NCBI GenBank assembly: GCA_964016885.1
Contig: OZ024744.1
Coordinates: 44,454,001 to 44,518,000, forward strand
Direction of reading: 5' to 3'
DNA: 64,000 nucleotides
Source of the DNA: Eledone cirrhosa
Taxonomy: Eukaryota
Part shown: positions 55,641-64,000 of the stretch, piece by piece
Position numbering within the stretch: position 1 is the first letter of the stretch
Layout: the number at the start of each line of letters is the position of its first letter
Notes under the pieces: generated by a model
Databases searched by the model: none
What the model was told of the DNA's origin: nothing
What the model saw: the letters and a program-made list of their open reading frames with translations, nothing else
Translations under genes and position numbers: made by a program

Positions 55641-58600
55641 TAATTTTAACATTACATTTATAAACTATGTTGTTAACAAGACAATTTCCTTTTAATGGGC
55701 AGTTTGCTTTGTTTCTACAGTTACAACCTTTCGTTAATTCAGTATTTGAGGAGATATTATGGTTAGTTTGATGTATTGGTGGTATACTTATGGTATTCTT
55801 ACATTTATATGCATTATAGGCACTTATATTTTGTTTTATGTTATTTGTTGTTGAGTATGAGAATTTAACTGTAGGCCTATTTAAGATTTGATGGTATTTG
55901 TGGTTTGGCGGGAAGTTTTTCTCTAGGATATAAAAAAATTTTTTAGCAATATTATCCTTAATTTGTAAATTAAATGGAGCATTATACCAAGTAACTCGTC
56001 TATTACGGTTTCTATGTTGTTTATTATTTTTATAGGTTGTATCGTGATGTTTACTAGGAGGATTAATGTTAATGATCTAACCACGCACATTTTTAGTTAG
56101 ATTTATAGATTTAGGTGTTTTATCTTGTTTATTAGGAGTTTTATTATTAACATTTATTAGAGTTGTATGATGAGTAGTTTTTTGAGAGTTACTATACTTT
56201 ATATTAGAAGAGTTGTTGGTATTTTGGGGTATAGTGTGGGTGGCATTTAGGTGTGTACTTTTCATTTGGTGTTTGTTGGTAATATTAGGTTGTATGTTTA
56301 TAGTATTTTTAGTAGAAGGTATATATTCTAATCTATTTTTGTGGCCACTTCTATCTAGAGCTTCGTTATAGAAGGTCGCATTTTTATCAAATACATCTTG
56401 GTTAGAAGAAAGGTTAGAAATTCTAAGTGATATATTATATGCAAGGTTTTTAAGGATAGATTTAGGGTGATTAGATTGTGAGTGTATGTAGTGTAAGTTT
56501 TGGTTGGGTTTATGGTAAGGTTGGTAGATACCCGTAGCTAAGTCTAAAGTTATATCTAGGAAATTTACTACTTTACTTGTTTTTTCAAAAGTAATATGAA
56601 GACTATAATAGTCTTTAAGGAAAGTTCTAATATGCTTTTTGTTTTTTTCTATTTCTGAAAGGCTAAGGTTGTTGGAAAGAAGAAGACAGTCATCACGATA
56701 TAAACCACCTTTAAGGTGGGGAAAGGAGGCATTTATGTTGAAAAGGAGAAAGAGGCCCACAAGATCAGTAATTTGGGCGGAATCGCTTGAACCCATAGTA
56801 ATATCAAATAGATTACTATATGTGTTTCTGGTCCAGTATTCATTCTGAAATTCAATAAGTGTTAGTCTAGCATGTGTAATAATATTAATGTCATCCAAAG
56901 TTAAGTTAGATCTATTTTTAGCAAATATCAATGCTTTGTTCAGGAGTATAGGTGATATAGAAGAATAGTAATTATCTATATCAAATTGTAGAAATGAAGC
57001 AGAAGATTCTATTTGCTCATATATAGGAGCTACTTCTAACAATTTTAAGGTAAGGTTTAATACCCACAAACATAGTTTTTAAAATGCGGCACTGGCTAAT
57101 ACAACATCTCTAGCAGAAAAAATCAATAGTTATAAAAATAAGAATATAGAATATGATATGACCTGGAGTGTGCTCAAAAGAGCCACCCCTTATCAAAATA
57201 ATAGAAATGAATGTAGATTATGTTCCCAAGAACTATTTGAAATAATGAAATCTAAGGATATCCTATTAAATAAACGACAGGAATTAATTATATCGTGTAA
57301 TCATAAACTAAGAAAAACATTTAAATATTATAAACCTAATTAGAAATTAATATATAATTTAATTTAAATGTTAGTTAACCTATAAATTTAATTTAATTAA
57401 AATTCTACTACAGATGAGATTATAAAATATTGTGTAATCATAAATTGTGAAAAACTTTTAAATATTACTAATATATACTTCGTAAATTAATTTATAGATT
57501 AATTTTAATTTATTTAACCTTTTATTAAAATTCCTTTACAGATAAAATATAACAAAATATCGTGTATTCAATGACAGAGAAATAATTTTTAATATTATAG
57601 ACCTAATTAATGTACATTTTAGAAATATATTTATAATTTGGTTTTAAATTAATTTAATTCGCTTAAAATTAATATCCTAATACAGATGGATTGCAGAGTG
57701 TCTTGTAATCATAGACTGAGATAGGTTTTGGATGTATACCTAGTTAATATATTCTTTGAAATTTTTGAAAAAATATGTATATGTATGTATATATATGTAT
57801 ATATATATATATATATATATGTATATGTGTATATATATATATATGTGTATGTATTAATTTTAATTTCTGTTTACCTATAATTATATTCTACTATAGATAA
57901 AATACAATATCTGTTTTAATTATTATAAACCAAATTAACATATACTATAGAAATTAATATATAATTTTTAATTTAGTTAACCCATAATTTATATTCTACT
58001 ACCGATGTAATACTTTATTTGTTTTTTTTCCCTATTACTAAATTCATTCCCTAATATTGATACCATAACGTTAATAATTTTAATTTAGTTATACTATAAT
58101 TAATACTCTACTACTATTTAACTTCAAAATTCCGCTTCAAATATATTATAAACCTAAGTAGTATACACCTTAGAAATCAATATATTAACTATCTTTAATT
58201 TAGTTAACCTATAATTAATAGTCTACTTATATTAAAATGCATAATTTTGCCTTCTTTCTTACATTTCCTAATACTGAAACTACTATGTAAACACATATTA
58301 TGATCTAAATGCAGATTAATATTCTATGTTTCTTGAAACCTATATTTACTATAATCCCCCCCCTCACCCCCCTCACCCCTATTATTATTTGTATTTGTAA
58401 GCGTGGATGTATGTATGTATATGTAGGTAGGTATGTATGTTTGGGTGTTTGTATGTGAGTATAAAAATACATATGTGCGCATGTAAATAAGGGTGTATGA
58501 TTGTATGTATATATATATATATATATGTGTATATATATATGTGTATATGTATATATATATATATGTATCTATGTATTTATGTGGGTATATGTGTGTATGT

Positions 58601-58754
58601 ATATGTATGCACATGTATACGTCTATGTGTATATGTGTGTATGTGTATATATGTACGTATGTGCGCATGTATATGTGAGTGTGTGTATATATATATATAT
58701 ATATAAATATATATATTTGTAGTTGATGTGTGTATGTGTATATATATATGTATG

Positions 58755-58789
<35 letters not shown>

Positions 58790-58832
58790 GTATATGTATG
58801 TGTGTGCATATTTGTCTGACTGTGTGTATTAA

Positions 58833-58863
<31 letters not shown>

Positions 58864-58931
58864 TATTTTTTTATTTCTTTATTTTTTTATATATATGTAT
58901 ATATATATATCATCAGGAAATATATATATAT

Positions 58932-59864
58932 GGAATAAATGCTCTGAAATAGCGATATATATGTGAATATAGACATAGAATATTCGAAAATATTCTGTAT
59001 GTTTATAATAAACATTTTGAAGACCTAATCGCTATGGATATGTAGTCCTGATGATTTCTAACGAGAATGAAACGCGTAGATTACTTCCCTTGCTTTTATC
59101 GAGAATCTAATTGTAATACGTGACGTATTCTATTCTATAGCGATTAGGTCTTCAAAATGTTTATTATAAACATACAGAATATTTTCGAATATTCTATGTC
59201 TATATTCACATATATATCGCTATTTCAGAGCATTTATTCCAATTTCTAATTTCTGCCGGACCGGCAACCGCTCTTTCAAACCAGTTCCTGTACACAGCTA
59301 AGTATTCTATAAGTCTCTAGCTGTGTCATTCTCGATAAAAGCACTGGATATGTAGTCCTGATGATTTCTAACGAGAATGAAACGCGTAGATTACTTCCCT
59401 TGCTTTTATCGAGAATCTAATTGTAATACGTGACGTATTCTATTCTATAGCGATTAGGTCTTCAAAATGTTTATTATAAACATACAGAATATTTTCGAAT
59501 ATTCTATGTCTATATTCACATATATATCGCTATTTCAGAGCATTTATTCCAATTTCTAATTTCTGCCGGACCGGCAACCGCTCTTTCAAACCAGTTCCTG
59601 TACACAGCTAAGTATTCTATAAGTCTCTAGCTGTGTCATTCTCGATAAAAGCACTGGATATGTAGTCCTGATGATTTCTAACGAGAATGAAACGCGTAGA
59701 TTACTTCCCTTGCTTTTATCGAGAATCTAATTGTAATACGTGACGTATTCTATTCTATAGCGATTAGGTCTTCAAAATGTTTATTATAAACATACAGAAT
59801 ATTTTCGAATATTCTATGTCTATATTCACATATATATCGCTATTTCAGAGCATTTATTCCAATT
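58932..59864 (+). mobile_element. Non-coding 310-bp tandem element (~2.7 units) with one hammerhead per unit and an inverted 5' segment; retrozyme or Penelope pseudo-LTR type
   Basis: Exact 310-bp period (cores at 59048, 59358, 59668). 58932-59035 is the reverse complement of 59137-59240. Inserted in a (TA)n tract and absent from the left arm near 53740. Confidence 0.9.
59328..59416 (+). ncRNA. Type I hammerhead ribozyme (also cores at 59048 and 59668)
   Basis: ATTCTCGATAAAAGCA-CT-GGA-TAT-GTAGTC-CTGATGA-T-TTCT-AACG-AGAA-T-GAAA-CGCG-TA^GATTAC-T-TCC-CT-TGCTTTTATCGAGAAT: 16-bp outer stem, 6-bp stem I, palindromic ACGCGT stem III. Confidence 0.9.
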
Positions 59865-60322
59865 TATATATATATATATATATGTATATATGTGTGTGTA
59901 TATATATGTATGTGTGTATGTATGTGTATGTATGTGTGTGTGTGTGTGTACGTGTGTTTATATTTATATGTGTATATGTATCTCTATTTATATATGTATA
60001 TATGTGTATGTATATCCCTTTATTTATGTATGTCTGAGTTGTGTGAGCGTGTGTATATGTATGTGTATGTATGTGTGTGTGTGTGTGTACGTGTGTATAT
60101 ATTTATATGTGTATATGTATCTCTATTTATATATGTATATATGTGTATGTATATCCCTTTATTTATGTATGTCTGAGTTGTGTGAGCGTGTGGTGGTGTT
60201 TGTATGTATATACGCATACATGGATGTGTATGTATGTGTATATATGCGTATATGTATGTGTGTATGTATGTGAGTATATATGTATGTCTATGTATGAGTA
60301 TGTATGTGTGTGTATGTATATA

Positions 60323-60365
<43 letters not shown>

Positions 60366-60424
60366 TATATGTGTGTGTGTATGTATATATATCTTTGTAT
60401 ATGTGTATGTGTATATGTGTGTAT

Positions 60425-60486
<62 letters not shown>

Positions 60487-60572
60487 ATATGTGTATATAT
60501 ATATATACATATATGTGTGGGTATGTATGTGTATGTGTGTATATACATGAGTGTGTTTATATATGTGTGTAG

Positions 60573-60640
<68 letters not shown>

Positions 60641-60927
60641 TGTGAATGTGTATATATATATATGTATGTGTGTATGTTTATATATATATATGTGTGTATA
60701 TGTGTATATGTCTATGTATTTATATGTGTATATGTATGTGTCTCTATATGTATGCGTGTGTGTATGTGTATGTGTATTTATATGGTGTGTGTATGTATAT
60801 GTATGTGTATGTATGTGTTTACGTATATGTGTATGTATATGTATGTATATATATGTATATATATATATATATATATATGTATATGTATGTATATCGATGT
60901 ATATTTTATATTTTACTTGTTTATATC

Positions 60928-61003
<76 letters not shown>

Positions 61004-61813
61004 CTTAATATATTTCTTTTTTCTTTTTCTTTTTATTTCTAAATTTATAGATACATTTATAAATAGGCAGTTTGCTGACACCGCTAAATACTGACCTTTT
61101 CTCCCCCCCCCCCCCCCCCCCCCACCAACTTTCTGTATCTGGATCTAAATATGTGTGGCAGTGTTTATGTGCGCGCATTAATGTCCATATGCTTATGATA
61201 ATAGTATATACACATATATGTGTGTGTATGTATGTTCGTGGTTGTGTGTATGTTTATGCGTATACGCGCGTGTGTGTGTGAATGTACGTATATGTGTGAG
61301 TATATGAATGTGTGTATATATTTATTTTTTTATTTTTATATTTATTTGTTTATATGCTTATACGTATTTTATCTGTAGATTATAAACATACAGAGACATT
61401 AGCCTTGAATTTTTGTATTTACATACATCTTTTCGGCATGCGTATGCATGTGAACATATATTTTTATGCATATCTGTGAACGAAGTTACTTACATATATA
61501 CACACACCTAACTGTATAAACTTTTTGTGTTTTCATTGGTCAATTTGAACTCTGTTCCCAAACAGATCTGTAATTTTGAATTGTTGTTATTATCAATAAA
61601 TATATTTCATTATTTCTGAAGACGGCATATATATGTGTTGGTATGTATATTTAATTTTGATAGTTTGTATAATTTTGTATAACTTTGTACATAGATCTGT
61701 TGAATATGCATGCCAATTCTAACACATATATATCCTAGAAACGATCGTTAAATAATGAACTTTTTTTGTTTAATATAAGGAACTGTTTCATTGTTTTATT
61801 CATTATTTTTTTA

Positions 61814-61854
<41 letters not shown>

Positions 61855-61859
<5 letters not shown>

Positions 61860-61920
61860 CTTATATTTAAGTATCAGCCGTACTAAGTGAGAAATGAAAT
61901 TTCGTTTCATTCTTTTCCAT
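61855..61920 (+). repeat. Short fragment of the 423-bp family
   Basis: ACATACTTATATTTAAGTATCAGCCGTACTAAGTGAGAAATGAAATTTCGTTTCAT matches the array unit. Confidence 0.8.
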
Positions 61921-61985
61921 ATATTTCTACTGTTCTGTTATTAATTCTGGCAATATTATTACAAATATATGACCCTCCCCAAGTG

Positions 61986-62113
<128 letters not shown>

Positions 62114-62422
62114 AATCTACCAAAATATACGGTAGTGTCCAATCAGTATGAAGAACGCAATGTAATCCAAATATCATGAAAAGAGAAGATGCATTCAAAA
62201 ATTTTCGATGAAAATCACAGGAAAACAGAGTCAAGATAAATTAATCAAAACAATGAATAATTACAAAGAACAAGTTCCTTATATTAAAAAATTCATCATT
62301 TTACAATCGTTTCTAGGATATATATGTTTTTATCGGTATATATATCATATAGATCTATGTAAAAATATTACAAACTATCAGAGGAAATATACATACCTTC
62401 ACATATATATGCTGTCTTCAGA

Positions 62423-62478
62423 AATAATTGTTTCTACTTTAGGAACAAGGCCAGAAATTACCCAGTGCATTACTGGTA
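62423..62478 (-). mobile_element. SINE 3'-tail fragment
   Basis: Reverse complement of the SINE tail with AATAAT duplication; absent from the homologous site at 51941-51950. Confidence 0.75.
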
Positions 62479-62745
62479 AATAATGAGATTTGTTTATTGA
62501 AAAAAAAACAACAAGAGTTAATATAATAGGTCTGTTTTGGGAACAGGTTTTGAATTGACCAATAGAAAATTAGTTAGAGGTCAAGTTGATAGAATAGTAG
62601 TAGTAGTAGTAGAAATTTAATTCAAGGGTAGAGGAATGCAGACTTATGTTTTGAATGGAAAGAATACTTTGAATGAAAAGAATACTTTGGGGATGAAAAG
62701 AGGTCAAGCCGATGAAGGGTACACGAAAATTTGATGTTATTAAAG

Positions 62746-62931
62746 AATAATTGTTTCTACTTTAGGCACAAGGCCAGCAAATACCCAGTACATTACTGGT
62801 ACTTTATTTTATTGACCCCGTAAGGATGAAAGGCAAAGTTAACCTCGGCGGGATTTGAACTCAGACTGTAAAGGGACGTAACTATGCTAGAAAGCATGGC
62901 GTCCAACCCTGTACCGATACTGCCAATTCAC
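62746..62931 (-). mobile_element. Full-length SINE flanked by ~155-bp direct repeats
   Basis: Same family as 6827. Flanks 62591-62751 and 62932-63086 are near-identical. Confidence 0.88.
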
Positions 62932-63607
62932 AGAATAGTAGTAGTAGACATTTAATTTAAGGGTAGAGGAATGCAGACTTATGTTTTGAATGGAAAGAAT
63001 ACTTTGAATGAAAAGAATACTTTGGGGATGAAAAGAGGTCAAGCCGGTGAAGGATACACGAAAATTTGATGTTATTAAAGAATAATGTTAAAAACGAAGG
63101 AGAGTAAAATTTTAGGGAAAAGGTATTAGTGAGAAATACTAATCTTATTTAAAACACAAGGAATTTAGATCTGTAACAAGAAATTAAATTAATTGATAGG
63201 TATACTTATAGGGATAAATTTATATTAATTCATATGGATGTGATAAATAAGAATTAGATGTTATTAAAGAATGTTGTTAAAAACGAAGGAAAATAACATT
63301 TTAGGATAAGTGTAGTAGTGAGAAATACCAATCATATATAGACTACAAGGAATCTAGATTCATAACAGGAAATTAAATTAATTTATATGTATACTTTTAG
63401 GTATTAATTTTAGGAAAAGAGAGCTGTAAGAGGAAATGAAATTATGAAGTTCTCTGTAGTAAAGTACTAATTATAGGTTAACTAAATAAAAAAAAACTAA
63501 TTATAATAACATGTAAAATATAATTGTAAGGTGTATATTAATTAGATTTATAATATTTGAAAGTTCTTCTAATTCTATGATTGCAAGATATAATTAATTC
63601 TTGTCGC

Positions 63608-64000
63608 AAAGCCTTGATATTTGCCAAAAATAGATCAAACTTAACTATGGATGACATTAATATTATTATCACGCACGCTAGACAAACACTACTGGAATTT
63701 CAGAAGGAATACTGGACCAGAAATACACATAGTAATCTATTCCACATTACTATGGGTTCTAGTGATTCTGCCCAAATTACCGATCTTGTGGGCCTCTTTC
63801 TTCTATTTACCATAAATTATTCTTTTCCCCACCTTAAAGGTAGTTGCTATCGTGATGACTGTCTTCTTCTTTCCACTAATCTTAGCCTATCAGAAATTGA
63901 AAAAAGTAAAAAACTTATTAGAACTTTCCTCAAAGACTATTATAATCTCACTATTACATTTGAGAACACCAGTAAAATAGTTAATTTCCTAGATATAACT
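63608..64000 (+). mobile_element. Second Penelope-like RT (5' truncated, open to window end)
   Basis: KALIFAKNRSNLTMDDINIIITHARQTLLEFQKEYWTRN...MGSSDSAQITDLVGLF...CYRDDCLLL...VNFLDIT, closely similar to the 56077-57002 RT. Confidence 0.92.

Larger units (their letters stand above)
57003..61824. repeat. Right arm of the giant inverted repeat, interrupted by a ~0.95-kb insertion
   Basis: Starts AAGATTCTATTTGCTC, the reverse complement of the sequence ending at 55640, and ends CATTATTTTTTTAATATTTTATAT. Confidence 0.93.

Noticed and set aside
57003-57069. N-terminus MWVLNLTLKLLEVAPIYEQIE of the 330-aa RT ORF
   Set aside because: It is the antisense reading of the inverted GIY-YIG segment fused at the inversion junction, not a true start.
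61611-61650. CTGAAGA followed by a hairpin in the Penelope 3' region (also near 62400-62421 on minus)
   Set aside because: No GAAA box or stem III in either copy.

Overview
AT-rich, repeat-dominated eukaryotic DNA; the repeat content suggests a cephalopod such as Octopus (inference). Hidden on the minus strand is a trypsin/chymotrypsin-family (S1) serine protease gene. Three exons (45506-45668, 34772-34899, 10928-11062) splice in matching phases. One intron is about 23.7 kb of almost pure 31-bp satellite, and another holds two head-to-tail L1/Tx1-type LINEs plus SINEs. The most striking signal is a collection of type I hammerhead ribozymes. A ~423-bp tandem array (1-6434) carries one hammerhead per unit (15 copies). 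A diverged inverted copy of that family (46.7-48.0 kb) shows compensatory changes. An unrelated 310-bp tandem element (58.9-59.9 kb) has the same unusual ribozyme geometry and a Penelope-style inverted end, and several solo or half hammerheads also occur. These lie next to two Penelope-like (RT + GIY-YIG) elements, one forming a ~10-kb palindrome. The overall picture is a Penelope/retrozyme system. All ribozyme calls come from manual folding and have not been tested. Most ORFs in the track are microsatellite artefacts.
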